From: Scyliorhinus canicula
Lineage: Eukaryota
Reading direction: 5' to 3'
Assembly (NCBI RefSeq): GCF_902713615.1
Contig: NC_052165.1
Coordinates: forward strand, 5,986,784 to 6,050,783
DNA length: 64,000 nt
Numbering within the stretch: the stretch's first letter is position 1; the number at the start of each line of letters is the position of its first letter. The position numbers and the translations under genes are program-made. This document shows positions 25,087-38,654 of the stretch, in pieces. The notes beneath the pieces were generated by a model that worked only from the letters and a program-made list of their open reading frames with translations, searched no databases and was not told the DNA's origin.

Positions 25087-25869
25087 AGATCACTGTGCCC
25101 AATTGGTAAATCCAGTAATTGGAGCTACTTTAAACCGACGTTAATCTAGGGACACATCTGACTGCTAAGAATATAAATTTCAGAGAAAATTGGGTTTCCT
25201 CCGGTTTCCTCTGGTGCTCCTGAAAGACGTGTTGTTAGTTAATTTGGACATTCTGAATTCTCCCTCAGTGTACCCGAACAGGCACCGGAATGTGGCGACT
25301 AGGGGCTTTTCACAGCAACTTCATTGCATTGTTAATATAAACCTACTTGTGACATTAAAGATTATTATTAAAAGCACCTGATCTGCTAATCCTAATCCCA
25401 TTGGCCAGCACTTGGCCCATAGCCTCGAATGTTAAGACGTGCCAAGTGCTCATCCAGGTACCTTTTAAAGGATGTGAGGCAACCCTCCTCCCAGGCAGTG
25501 CATTCCAGACCATCACCACCCTCTGGGTAAAACAAGCTTTTCCTTAAATCCCCCCTGAACATCCCATCCTATGCGCATGCGTGGCCTCAGGCACGGAAGT
25601 GCGGGGGGGGGGGGGGGGGGCATACCTGCAGCTAAAGCTGCTGGATTCACGATGGGTCCCTGCTAGCCCCCTGCAGGGCTATGAATATGGGGCCTCTTCA
25701 CGCCAGTTTTTCTGGCGGGAAAGGCCACAGTTTTTACGACAGCATTTTTGGGAACATAGTCCCAAAAACGGAGAATCCAGCCCAAGGTTTCTATTGATAT
25801 CATGCTGCTATCCCTTCAAGGCATATTACAAGTCATCTGGCATTTTCCAGTTGGAGGTGAATTTCACAG

Positions 25870-26180
25870 AGGTTAGCACTGTGGCTTCACAGCTCCAGGG
25901 TCCCAGGTTCGATTCCCGGCTTGGGTCACTGTCTGTGCGGAGTCTGCACGTTCTCCCCGTGTGTGCGTGGGTTTCCTCCGGGTGCTCCGGTTTCCTCCCA
26001 CAGTCCAAAGATGTGCAGGTTAGGTGGATTGGCCATGATAAATTGCCCCTCAGTGTCTAGTGGGGCTATGGAGATAGAGAGGGGGATTAGCCCTAGGCTG
26101 GGTATTTTTTCGCAGGGTTGGAGCAGACTCGATGGGCCGAATGGCCTCCCCTTGCACCGTAGGGATTCTATGATTTTATG
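25870..26180 (+). mobile_element. HE1-like V-SINE, tail A
   Basis: Same structure as 24765-25086. Confidence 0.88.
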
Positions 26181-26356
26181 ATTAAAATAGAAATGGAGTG
26201 ATGGAGAGAAGACAATCAACAATACAGTTACTCGCCTAAAGAGATAACTCTAAGAATCATTTACAAATAGTCTATCTTTCTCTAAGGTGCTGTCGCTCAG
26301 TAGTATCACTCCTCTATAAATCAAGCTCATGGGTTGAAGCCCTATTCTGGAGACTT

Positions 26357-26970
26357 TGGGTGGGATTCTCCGACCCCCCACCAGGTCAGAGAATCCCCGG
26401 GGGGGCGGCGCGAATCCTGCCCCTCCGTCCCGACGCCGGCTGCCATATTCGCCGGCGCCATTTTTCGGGCAGGAGCGGGATTCACGCCACGCCAGTTAGG
26501 GCCATTGACAGCGGCCTGCCCGGCAATTCTCTGGGCCCCGATGGGCTGAGCGGCTGTCCGTGTTTGGTCAGTCCTGCCGGCTTGGGTTACGTATGATCCC
26601 ACACGGCGGGACCTGGCTGGTAAGTCAGCGGGGGCGGTCCTCGGGGGGGACGTGGGGTAATCTGACCCCGGGGGGGGGGGGGGGGGGGGGCCATGATGGC
26701 CTGGCCAGAAATCAGGGCCCACCGATCTGCAGGCGGGCCTGTTCCGTGGGGGCACTTCTTCCATCCGCGCGGCCCCTGCAAGGCTCCGCCATGACCGGCG
26801 CGGAGAAGAGAACCCCCCGCGCATGTGCCAAAATATGCCGGCCGGTCTGCGCATGCACGGAACCACGCCGGACGTTCTGCACATGCGCAGACTCGCGCCG
26901 TCCCTTCGCCGTCGGTTGGAGTGGCGCCAACCCCTCCACCGTCAACCTAGCCCCCGAAAGTACGGAGAAT
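26357..26970. mobile_element. GC-rich MITE-like element related to family X
   Basis: Starts GGGTGGGATTCTCCG with a subterminal hairpin; ends CGGAGAAT; internal blocks shared with 8575-9240. Confidence 0.65.
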
Positions 26971-26984
26971 TGCACATCATCTCG

Positions 26985-27330
26985 GCTGCCACCTCAGTCT
27001 GGCAGGAGTGCTGCACTGTTGGAGGTGCCATCTTTCAGCGAGCTGTTAAAGCAAGGCCTCGGCTGCTCTCTGAGTTGTCTGCGAACGGCCCCGGAGAATG
27101 ATTCCAAGGACAGGGGAAATTTCCCGCTGTCATACCTAACATTTATCTCTTCATCAACATCGCTGCCTGAGACTATCTGGGCATTTATCTCAGTGTTATT
27201 GTGGGGATTTATGGTGTCCAGTTGACTGTTGTGCGTTTCCTCATGACTCTGACTGCACATCAATAGCTACTCACCCATTTGGCGGCAATGATTTTGGGAG
27301 ATCCTGAGCTCACGAAATGTGCGAATGTAA
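26985..27330 (+). mobile_element. Deu-domain SINE relic (SacSINE1/AmnSINE1-like)
   Basis: GAGTGCTGCACTGTTGGAGGTGCCATCTTTCAG...TTAAA resembles the recalled Deu-domain core. Confidence 0.6.
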
Positions 27331-27784
27331 ATAGGAGAGCCTTGTTTTACAAGAATACTTATTTATTTTGATAAAATCTTGGAATTAATATTACCGAGAA
27401 AATTAAAACGTTGTAAACAAAGAGCTTTGAAGGATTCCGGTTTCTCTCAGATATTAAAGTGGCAAGTTAGCAACTCTCAACGCCTAAGTTAAAAATATTA
27501 ATTTATAGTCATTTTAATTGCCCCCTGCAGGAACCAGTTGTTGTAAAAATGGCCGTCTTTAAGAGGGTGGTTGATGTAGAATCTTCCTCACGAGACTTGT
27601 GAATATCCAATGTGGCTCGTCGGAAGTGCTAGTGAAAACGCTTAGGCCCACAGCTTGTGATCTACCATCTAGTTAAATTAATAGACAGAAAATGAAAGGT
27701 TTAAAGCCAAGAGTTTGATGTGGGGGTGCTCCTGCGCTTGCTTGAAGTGGCCAATTGGGTGATCAACACTCGCATTTGCATCGC

Positions 27785-28020
27785 AATAATAATAATAATG
27801 ATAATCTTTATTGTCACAAGTAGGCTTACATTAAGACTGCAATGAAGTTATTGTGAAAAGCCCCTAGTCGCCACATTCCGGCACCTGAGGGAAAATTCTA
27901 AATGTCCAATTCACCCAACAAGCACACCTTTCGGGGCTTGTGGGTGGAAACTGGAGCACCCCGAGGATGTCCACGCAGACTCGGGAGAACGTGCAGACTC
28001 CGCACAGACAGTGAGCCATG
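27785..28020 (-). mobile_element. V-SINE with tail B
   Basis: V-domain plus GCCTACTTGTGACAATAAAG(ATT)n tail. Other tail-B copies at 25190-25372(+), 33355-33653(-), 44505-44795(+), 47471-47788(-), 55150-55418(+) and 58938-59198(+). Confidence 0.85.
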
Positions 28021-28092
28021 AGCCATCCTCGGGTGTCTGGAGGACATTTGCTACCTGACGGTGGAAACAGCCAATGTGACTGAATCAAATTG

Positions 28093-29735
28093 GGCGGCGT
28101 GGTAGCACAGTGGTTAGCACTGTTGCTTCACAGCTCCAAGGTCCCAGTTCGATTCCCGGCTTGAGTCACTGTCTGTGGGGAGTCTGCATGTTCTCTCCGT
28201 GTGTGCGTGGGTTTCCTCCGGGTGCTCCGGTTTCCTCCCACAGTCCAAAGATGTATAGGTTAGATGAATTGGTAAGATTTTAGAGTGTTATTAAAGATGA
28301 GATCGCGAAGCACTTGGAAGTGCATGGTAAAATAGGACTGAGTCAGCACGGCTTTGTCAAAGGGAGGTCGCGTCTGACAAATCTGTTAGAGTTCTTTGAG
28401 GAAGTAACAAACAAGTTAGACAAAGGAGAACCAGTGGAAGTGATTTATTTAGATTTCCAGAAGGCCTTTGACAAGGTGCCGCACAGGAGACTGTTAAATA
28501 AGTTAAACGCCCATGGTGTTAAGGGTAAGATCCTGGCATGGATAGAGGATTGGCTGACTGGCAGAAGGCAAAGAATGGGGATAAAGGGGTCTTTTTCAGG
28601 ATGGCAGCCGGTGGTGACTAGTGGTGTGCCTCAGGGGTCTGTGCTGGGACCACAACATTTTACAATATACATTAATGATCTGGAAGAAGGTACTGAAAGC
28701 ACTGTTGCTAAGTTTGCAGATGATGCAAAGATCTGGAGAGGGACAGGTAGTATTGAGGAAGCAAGGGGACTGCAGAAGGACTTGGACAAGCTTGGAGAGT
28801 GGGCACTGAAGTGACAAATGAAATACAATGTGGAAAAGTGTGAGGTTAGGAATCTAGGCATGGACTATTTTCTCAATGGGGAAATGCTTTGGAAAGCAGA
28901 AGCACAAAGGGACTTGGGAGTCTTTGTTCACGATTCTCTTAAGGTTAATGTGCAGGTTCAGTCGGCAGTTAAGAAGGCAAATGCAATGTTAGCATTCGTG
29001 TCAAGAGAGCTAGAATGCAAGACCAGGGATGTACTTCTGAGGCTGTATAATGCTCTGGTCAGACCCCATTTGGAGTATGGTGAGCAGTCTTGGGCCCCGT
29101 ATCTAAGGATGTGCTGGCCTTGGAAAGGGTCCAGAGAACGTTTGAGGATTCTGGGTCTGTACTTGTTGGAGTTTAGAAGGATGAGGGGGGATCTTATTGA
29201 AACGTACAAGATACTGCGAGGCCTGGATAGAGTGGGCGTGGAGAGGATGTTTCCACTTGTCGGACAATCTAGAACCAGAGGACACCATCTCAGACGAAAA
29301 GGACAATCCTTTAAAACAGAGATGAGGAGGAATTTTTTCAGCCAGAGGGTGGTGAATCTGTGGAACTCTTTGCCGCAGAAGGCTGTGGAGGCCAAATCAC
29401 TGAGTGTCTTTAAGACAGAGATAGACAGGTTCTTGATTAATAAGGGGATCAGGGTTTATGAGGAGAAGGCAGGAGAATGGGGATGAGAAAAATATCAGCC
29501 ATGATTGAATGGCGGAGCAGACTCGATGGGCCAAGTGGCCTAATTCTGCTCCTATGTCTTATGGTCTTATGGATTGGCCATGCTAAATTGCCCTTGTGTC
29601 CTAAAAGGTTGACTGGGGTTACTGGATTACGGGGATAGGGTGGAGGTGTGGGCTTCAGTCGGGTGCTCTTTCTAAGGTCTGATGCTGACTCGATGGGCCG
29701 AATGGCCTCCTTCTGCACTGTAAATTCTATGTTTG
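28093..29735 (+). mobile_element. V-SINE split by a nested CR1 (CR1 at 28273-29568)
   Basis: SINE 5' half at 28093-28272, 3' half at 29569-29735. CR1 RT ORFs 28314-28814 and 28818-29486. Duplicated ATG(A/G)ATTGG at the junctions. Confidence 0.88.
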
Positions 29736-29877
29736 TACAATAACTCATGCATTATATCGGAATGTACGACAAAGCCTTGGAACATGAGGAAAATGCCTGG
29801 AAAGGAGGCCATTCAGCCCATCGAGTCTGCACCGACCCACTTAAGCCCTCACTTCCACCCTATCCCCGTAACCCAAA

Positions 29878-31250
29878 AAGTTGGTTTACAGGTGATTAAG
29901 AAGCGAATCGAGTTTTGTCCTTCATTGCTAGAGGGATCGCGATTAAGACTAGGGGGGTTATGCTGCAACTGTATAAGGTGTTAGTGGAGTATTGTGTTCA
30001 GTTTTGGTCTCCTTACCCGAGAAAGGACGTACTGGCACCGGAGGGTGTGCAGAGGAGATTCATTAGGTTAATCCCAGAGCTGAAGGTATTGGAGTACGAG
30101 GAGAGATTGAGTAGACTGAGGCTGTACTCGTTGGAATTTAGAAGGATGCGGGGGGGATCTTATAGAAACTCATAAATTGTGACGGGAATAGATAGGATAG
30201 ATGCGAACAAATTGTTTCCACTGGTGGGTGAAAGCAGAACTAGGGGGCATAGCCTCAAAATAAGGTGAAATAGATTTAGGACTGAGTTCAGCAGGAACTT
30301 TTTCACCCAAAGAGTTGTGGATCTAGGGAAATCCTTGCCCAGTGAAGCAGTTGAGGCTCCTTCATTAAATGTTTTTAAGATAAAGGTAGATAGTTTTTTG
30401 AAAAATAAAGGGATTAAGGGTTATAGTGTTCGGGCGAGAAAGTGGAGCTGAGTCCACAAAAGATCAGCCATGCTCTCATTGAATGGCGGAGCAGGCTCGA
30501 GGGGCCAGGTGGCCGACTCCTGCTCCCAGTTGTTATGGGGCATCTTATTATCTAAATGGAGTGTTTCGGTGCAGAGGGATCTGAGTGTCCTCGTGCATGT
30601 ATCACAGAAAACTAATATGCAGGTACGGCGGGGAATAAGGATGGCAAATGGAATTTTGGCCGTTATGGGATAGAGTATAAAAGTAGGGAAGTGTTGCTGC
30701 AACTGTACAAGGCATTGATGAGGTCGCGCCTGGAGTTCTGTGAACAGTTTTGGTCACCTTATTTGAGGAGGGATGTAGTTACATTAGAGGCAGTTCGGAG
30801 GAGGGTCACTAGATTGATTCCAGAGATGAGGGGTCTTTCTTATGAAAAGAGATTGATCAGTTTAGGTTACTCTCTCGGGTTTGGAAGAACAAGAGGAGAT
30901 CGAATTGAGGTATATAAGATTATGAAAGGTATTGACAAAGTAGATGTGGAGCAGATGCTTCCTCTTGTCGGGTAATGTAGAACGAGAGGTCATAGTTTAG
31001 GATATGGGGTAGCAGATTTAAAACGGATGAGAAATTACTTCTCGCAAAGGATCGTGAATCTGTGGAATTCGCTACCCCAGAGCGAGGTGGATGCCGGGAC
31101 ATTGAGTAAATTTGAGAAGAAAATAAACAGATTTTTAATTAGTAATGAGTTGAAGGGTTATGGACAATGGGCGGGAAAGTGGACTTCGAGGCCAAAATGA
31201 GATCAGCCATGGTCTTATTGAATGGCAGAGCAGGCTCAGGGGGTTATTTT
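29878..31250 (+). mobile_element. Two tandem CR1 3' fragments (~29878-30540 and ~30545-31250)
   Basis: Each has a YC.QFWSPY...RR.RGD RT C-terminus and its own 3' tail. Confidence 0.85.
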
Positions 31251-31279
31251 GTCTGCACCTAGTCAAAAACACCTAAATA

Positions 31280-33790
31280 TTTAATCCCATATTCCAGCAC
31301 TTGGCTCATAGTCTTGACATTGCAAGTTCACATCTAAATGCTTCTTAAATGTTGTCTGCTTCCAGGCAGCGGGTTCCAGATTCCCACCACTCTTTGTGTG
31401 AAAACACTTTTCCCTCACATGGCCTCTAAACCTCCTGCCCCTCACCTTAAATCTACGCCCCTGGTCATTTACCCCTCCACCAACAGGAAAGGTTTCTTCC
31501 TGTCTATCTATGTCCCTCATAATTTTATACATCTCAATTATGTCTCCCCCCTCAGTCTCCTCTGCTCCAAGGAAAATTCCAGCCCAGACAACATCCTGGT
31601 AAATCTTCTCTACACCCATCCCATTGCTATCTCATCCCTCCTATAATGTGGATTCCAGAACTGCACACAATACTCCAGCTGTGGCCTAACCAATGTTTTA
31701 TACAGTTCCCTCTTAACCTCCCTGCTCTTAAACTCTATGCCTCGGCTAATAAAGGCAAGTATACCATATGCCTTCTTTTTTTAAAAAATGTTTTTTATTG
31801 GGGTTTTGAACATAGTATATGCACACAGAATGAAAAATAAAAACAACTGGTAGGATATTGGTACACCGGCTCAAAAACAGCAACTCTGTACATTTAGCAA
31901 TGTTACATTTAACAAATAGACACATGTTTGTGGTTGGGTGGGGTGGTGGGGGGGGGGGGGGGGGGGGGGGGGAGAAACTGGGGAGGCATACATACATTTC
32001 GGTGTTGCAGAAACAATTACATTGGTTATGTCCAATACAGAGAGGGCAATACCAGAATGGATCAGGTGTTGGTGTTACTTGCTTCTCTCGGACGGTTTTC
32101 GCTGCCGTTGTCGTCTCGCGATCACCTCCGCTTCGGCTGTTCGTCCCATCTTTCGCCCATATTTTCTTGCTTTCTGGTACTTTATCTGCCGAGTATGTTG
32201 TTGGTTCCCGTGCCCTCCTTCCGGCTTTCATTCCCCCACCCTCTGGTTCCACTCTATTGTTCCCTGTCTCTTCCTTCTTCCCCCCTCCCCTCTTCTGCCC
32301 CCCTCCGCTTCTCCTGTGGTTTGCTTTTCTTTTCTCCTAGGTTTAGCTGTTTCGCCCCCTGGGTCTTTCCCTCCATCTCACGCCTTGGCTACTTTCCCCT
32401 GATTCTTGGCTACTTGGCTATTCTTCTGCCTGTTCGTTGGCCACAGAACAATTGGGTGAATGGCCCCCACGTTCTGTGGAAGCCAATGTCTGACTCATAG
32501 ATGGCGAATTTTATTTTCTCCATTTGGAGAGATTCCAAGAGGTCGGACAGCCAGTCTGCAGCTTTGGGTGGTGCTGCTGACCGCCAGCCAAACAGGATTC
32601 TACGGCGGGCAATCAGGGAGGCAAAGGCAAGGGCATCCACCCTCCTCCCCATGAATAGATCTGGCTGGTCTGATACCCCGAAGACCGCCACTTTCGGGCA
32701 TGGCTCCACCCTCATCCCCACCACTTTGGACATTGCCTCAAAGAAGGCTGTCCAGTACCCCGCAAATCTGGGGCAAGACCAGAACATGTGGGTGTGGTTG
32801 GCCAGGCCTACTTGGCACCGCTCACATCTGTCCTCCACCTCCGGGAAGAACCTACTCATACGGGTTCTTGTTAAGTGGGCTCTATGTACCACTTTTAGTT
32901 GTGTCAGGCTGAGCCTTGCGCACGTGGAGGTGGAGTTGACCCTATGCAGTGTTTCACTCCAGAGTCCCCACCCTATCTCCATCCCCAGGTCGTCCTCCCA
33001 TTTCCTTCTTGTTGCGTCCAGTACGGTGTCGGCCCTTTCTGTCAGTCGGTCATACATGTCGCTAGTTTCCTTTACCTAGGATATTTGCATCCTTAACTCT
33101 TCCAGTAATGTCTGTCGTGGCGGTTATCTCTATTCGTCGGAAGTTTTTGAGTTGCAGGCATCATCGCTCGTTCCCCCTGGCGAGCTGGAATTTCTCTGTC
33201 AGTTTCTCCAGTGTTGTGATCCTGCCGTCCCCAAGTGCATCACCTCACACTTATCTGGATTGAATTCCATTTGCCATTGACCAGCCCATCTATATTCTCC
33301 TGTAATCTAAGGCTATCTTCCTCACTATTTACCACCCCACCAATTTTCATCTCATAACAATAATAATGATCTTTATTATTGTCACAAGTAGGCTTACATT
33401 CACACTGCAATGAAGTTACTGTGAAAATCCCCTAGTCGCCACATTCCAGCACCTGTTTGGGTACACAGAGGGAGAATTCAGAATGTCCAATTCACCTAAC
33501 AGGCACGTCTTCCTGGGCTTGTGGGAGGAAACCGGGGCACCCGGAGGAAACCCACGCAGACACGGGGAGAACGTGCAGACTCTGCACAGACAGTGACCCA
33601 AGCCAGAATTGAACCTGGGCGCTGTGCAGGAACAGTGCTAACCACTGTGCCACAAACTTACTGTTCAACCCTCCTACATTCATGTCTAAATCATTTATAT
33701 AAACCACAAACAGCAAGGGCCCCAACACTGATCCCTGCGGGATCCCATTGGACACAGGCTTCCAGTCAGAAAAGCAGCCCTCGACCATCA
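31280..33790 (-). mobile_element. CR1 relic interrupted by an L1-type fragment and a SINE
   Basis: CR1 RT sequence at 31280-31775 and 33230-33790 (GIPQGSVLGPLLFVVYINDLD). Confidence 0.8.
31776..33230 (-). mobile_element. L1/Tx1-type LINE 3' end (ORF2 C-terminal Zn-knuckle region, 3' UTR, A-rich tail)
   Basis: ORF 32410-33057: LTQLKVVHRAHLT...RCERCQVGLANHTHMFWSC; AATAAA and A-rich end near 31776-31800. Confidence 0.85.
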
Positions 33791-36397
33791 CCTTGAGATG
33801 GTATCATTTGGATCCCCACCACACCGGCTACGCTAGGTCCCAAACTTGGAATTAAAATGCTAATAAACAGACAGGGTAACATGCCACAGAGGAAAATGCT
33901 GAGCCTACTTCTGGGTTTCCCGCATGGTATCAGAGCCACTCCACCTTACCCCCCACTTCACTGAGCAAAGGTCAGAGCTACTCCAACTTTCATTCTGTGT
34001 AGTTAAAACGAATGGCACAAACATGTTATTTTGGCAGATTTTTCTTTAATTGTATTTAAGTTGAAACAGAAAATAAAGAATTTTCATTGTGGGATGATTA
34101 TCAAACATCAGGGAGGTGACAGTCTCAAAAATGTTATCACATTTAACAACTCCAAGGACAGCTACTGTGCCAACCACTTGCCAAAATGTTAATAAAACAT
34201 CATTGCCGTTGTCAAAGATCCTTCAACCCAAAACCATAATCTATTGCAATGTATGCGGTCAGCAGGGATGTACTATAAAACGTGTGCAATCTATTTTATT
34301 TCATTGCGATTACAAACTACCGCTTACAAATAAGGTGAACTACAAACTGCAGTTCAAGGTAATAATGTTAACAAACAATGAAGTTAGTACTAAGTAACTA
34401 ATATGCTATAAAATGAGGTAGCACTGTGATGGTGAAAAGTTGAATTCCACAGTTGGATGATGTGCGATTACTTCGACACGTCATCATGAGGTACGAGCCT
34501 ACACATGTCACGCAACCATCTAGAGAAAGCCATTGGTTACAACCAGAGAATGTGCCCAGTCGGATGGAAAATGAAAATCAAGTCTTTCTAGCTGATATCC
34601 ACAGAATAATCCAAAAGTAGGCCTTATGGAAAGCGCCCCAATGAGCAGGGTTTCCCACCCAGTTGAAACAACAGGGCGCCCCAGTTTAATGCCGGGCATC
34701 ATTTAAGTGCCATTTTCCCACTTCCCAACCAGAACAGGTATGAAAATAGCACCAGGTGAGTGGCAAAAGTTAGGTATACTTGCGCCACCATCCAGGCAGC
34801 GATACAGTGGGATTGGGGTGGGTGGTGGTGAGCGGAGTCTCAGTCAAGCGAGGATGCACCCCTCATCATGCTGTCCTCTGCTCCTCCTAGCTTCCAAAAT
34901 TGAATGCCCCACACTGAGCCAGTTTTTCTCCTGTAACGGGATGAGCAGTAAAGCAGCTCTGCTTCCCAGATCAGAATCTGGTTACGGTTTCATTGAACTG
35001 CTGCTGTTTTTTACTGGTGGTGTTGTGTAGTGATGGTGTTCCTATAATATGAGGTAGGGAGATCCAGGATTCTAACCCAGTGACAGTGTGTCCAAGTCAG
35101 GATGGATTTGGAGAAGAAACTGGAGTGATGCCGGTTCCCTCTACCTGCTGCCCTGGGCATCTGGGTGGTGGCCGTGGGTTTGGGAGGTGCTGCTGAAGCA
35201 GACTTGCTGAGTTGTTGCAATGTATCCTGTAATAGTACAGCTGCATGCACAGTATACAGATCATAGAAGTTCAGTGGATGAAGTGCCAATTAAGCAGTCT
35301 CCCTTGTCTTGGATCATGTAAAGCTTCTTGAATGTGATCGTTTACATGTGGATTTGGGCAAGTGAAGAGCATACCAAACTTGTGCCTTTTAAGCGGTGGA
35401 AAAGCTTTGGGAAATTAGCTAGTGAACCGCTCGCCTCAGAATCTTCAGCCGCTGACCTGCTGTAGTAGCCTTAGCATTTATGGGACAGAGCTGCCGGTTA
35501 ATAGTGATCAGATTGTGGATGGTTAGGGATGGTAACGCATCATTGCCAAGACCCTCTTTCGGAGGGTCAGTGCAGACTCAATGGGCCGAATGGCCTCCTT
35601 CTGCACTGTAGGGATTCTACAAATACCACTTATCAACGCAAGCCTGAAGGTTCAGGTCTTACTGCACGTGGGTATGGCCTCTTCCATTATCCGTGGAGTC
35701 GCCAATGCAGCTGAACACGCTGCAATATCAGATTGGAGGAAAAGTCTTTGACAAGTATTGGAAAATAGCTGAAACTGGACGCTTGTCCCAAGGAATCCCT
35801 ACAGCAATGCCCTGGGCTGAGGTGAAAAAAGCTAAACATTTTCCTTTGTGCCAGGCATTGCCAATATTTTCCTCTGATCCTGATGGGCTTAGTTCTACTG
35901 GAACTTCTGGAAGTCATACAAAACACTACAAGTCAACGTCACAAAGTCAGCAATGGTCAGGTTAAAAATTGACTCAATAATTTTGTTATTATGCCATTTC
36001 AACATCGCTTAGATGTCAAGGCTAGATTTAAAGCACTATTACTTTTAGCATACCAAAATGCAACATTATTAAAAAACACAACCTTTTTTGTAATATATAT
36101 ATATATATATATATATATCCTCCCCGGACAGGCGCTGGAATGTGGCGACTAGGGGCTTTTCACAGTAACTTCATTGAAGCCTACTCGTGACAATAAGCGA
36201 TTTTCATTTTCATTTATGGCATTGTTCTCGGATTCACGCTGCTTCATGCATTACACGTTAGAGGCAGAATATTTTTATTAAAGTTGCATTATTGTATGCT
36301 ATTAACAGAAGTTTTTAAAATAAACTAATTAGAAATACCGGCACAAAGTATTTCTTGAGTAACTAGGGGTTAAGACAGTCGATTCAGTACTGAAATA

Positions 36398-36577
36398 GGC
36401 TGTGCAGCACACTGGGCTAAATCGCTGGCTTTGAAAGCAGACCAAGGCAGGCCAGCAGCACGGTTCGATTCCCGTAACACCCTCCCTGAACTGGTGCCGA
36501 AATATGGCGACTTTTTCACAGTAACTTCACTTGAAGCCTACGCGTGACAATAAGCGATTTTCTTTTCCTTTCATTTC
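36398..36577 (+). mobile_element. Short tRNA-derived SINE with tail B (5'-truncated sibling at 36119-36215, after a (TA)n tract)
   Basis: Colinear with 14957-15140. Confidence 0.82.
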
Positions 36578-37747
36578 AAAAACAAATTGTTACTGAACAT
36601 TTATCTCAAACAGAAAAAAAAAGAGCACCAAATCAGGTTGTTTGCATCGAGAGTGATCAGTTAAGCTTATACTTCATGAAGAACAGGACAAAGAGGCGTT
36701 TAGAATTTTCTATATAAAGCACAGCTCCCAGAAATTCCACAGTCGCTCCTATGTTGTGAACTTGCAGGATTTAAGAATGTCAAAATCTGCAAGACACTGT
36801 CTGCTGTATGCAGAGAGCAGCTGTTTCCTGATTTGTAATATATCATTGAAGTTTGCTCTGTACTAACCGGAAATGGGATTACACATGTACAAAATCTATG
36901 CAGACTTTGGAAAAGAAACACACAATGAACATCATGAGCTGAAAGTGTACACCTTCTCATTCATTATTTTTAGATTTCTCCCATAACAAAGAACGGTTTA
37001 ATACGAAAACAAAAAACTTAAAAATAAAACACAGCTATCAGAAAGTCGAATGAAAAGAACGCGTAACCATAAACTCCATCGGTGAGCAGGTGTTGTCTTT
37101 TTAGATGCGCAGTTAAAAAAAAAAGTGACTCAGTTTGGGGGATGGACAGAGTTTAAAGTATATAATCATTTGTGACAGTGTTACCAGCCAGTTTCTTTGT
37201 CAAGAGGGCAAGTGACGCTAAACTGACAATCACAGTCCAGTGACAAATTGATCTGTGACTTCAATTAAAAAACACGTACGATTATAAAATCAGAGGAATA
37301 ACCCATTATGCAGAATACAATGGAGCCACCTCATTATCTAGTCAGCCAGAGTTCTCACTCCTGTCGGCACAGCATGTTATGCTCAATTTACCAATATATT
37401 TTATTCAGTTTGTGTAACTAAATACACTGCTGCCCAACTCTGACCGAAGAGAATGCTGTAGTGGTGAAAATGCAAACGGTTGTGGATCTTGATCGTGGCT
37501 ATTTCAAGGTTCACATACATACAAAGGTCTAGAACCCTGACAGAAGTTTCATGCATTGTTAAATCACCAACCTACCCTATATTATTTTGAATAAAGAACA
37601 TTAGAAACATTTAGGAAAAGAAACATTCTATAATTGGGAGCAGCTGGTTCTAATTCAACTTCATGAATAGAACAGGATGCTTTTAGCAGCGATAACCTAA
37701 GAATGGGTCGGTGATAGATCAATGTACAGACTGTGTGATGGAGTCCA

Positions 37748-37810
37748 CTGGGCGGTTAGCACTGCTGCCTCACAGCACCAGGGATCCAGGTTCGAATCCA
37801 ACCTTGGCCG

Positions 37811-37859
<49 letters not shown>

Positions 37860-38072
37860 AGTTTGCACATTCTTCCCGTGTCTGCGCGGATTTCCTCCGG
37901 GTGCTCCGGTTTCCTCCCACACTCCAAAGACGTGCAGGTTAGGTGGAGTGGAGATGCTAAATTGTCCCGAGGTGGGTTTATAAGGTGGAGGATTGGGGAG
38001 CTCTTTCAGGAGGATCAGTGTAGACTCGATGGGCCGAATGGCCTCCTTCTGCACTGGAGGGATTGTATGATT
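37748..38072 (+). mobile_element. V-SINE, tail A, with internal (TG)~22 microsatellite
   Basis: The CTGTCTGTG segment of the SINE has expanded to (TG)n at 37813-37858. Confidence 0.88.
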
Positions 38073-38134
38073 AGGTTGTTCTCCTTTACCAGATCCCGTC
38101 GAGGGCAGACAGCACAAGTGAGGTCAGGAATGGA

Positions 38135-38588
38135 GTACGACTCCCTGTATTAATTTATTCCCACTATGGTTTCAAAGAATTTGATACAAATCTGCCCGTG
38201 TACACATATTTTAGCAGTTCACATAAAACTGTAAAAACAAATCCTGAGTGGATTTTTAACATTACAAATTGAATTGAATTGTGTAAATAAATCACTAGTC
38301 AGATTTCCAGTCACCTCACTTGAAGTAGGACCACAAAACACTGATTGTTTTCCCCTTTGTATTTTAAACAAAGACACCGAATCATTTCATAACCAGTCCA
38401 TCATATGGCGCCAATGGTATGACCTGACATGTCATCTCGACTGATATTGAAACTGGGAAGAGACTCGAATGTAACTAACGATTTATTTAAACAAAGGCTG
38501 TGCAACCCAATCGTGTTTTATTGCACACAATTAAAATCGAGGGCCAATCCGACAGACAGCGTTTGTTCCTTATCACCTCTGCTCGGCG
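38135..38588 (-). promoter_or_regulatory. ERGIC2 proximal 3' UTR and candidate polyA signals
   Basis: AT-rich unique sequence. Minus-strand AATAAA at 38154-38159 (also near 38482, 38517, 37400 and 36274); the UTR may be longer. Confidence 0.45.
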
Positions 38589-38654
38589 CTAATGATCGAA
38601 GTCATCTGAAATCGGGAGGGAGTGATTATTCATGTGGCCGTCAAGTTCCGGCAT
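38589..38654 (-). CDS. ERGIC2: ERGIC2 terminal coding exon, missed by the ORF track
   Basis: Strong acceptor ttcgttttgtttttcag; phase 0. Encodes MPELDGHMNNHSLPISDDFDH*, which aligns to the recalled mammalian C-terminus VPFEDGHTDNHLPLLENNTH*. Confidence 0.82.
   Translation of the reverse strand: MPELDGHMNNHSLPISDDFDH

Noticed and set aside
31858-33079. Long + strand ORFs (154-192 aa)
   Set aside because: Antisense shadows of the L1-type ORF2 and its 3' UTR.
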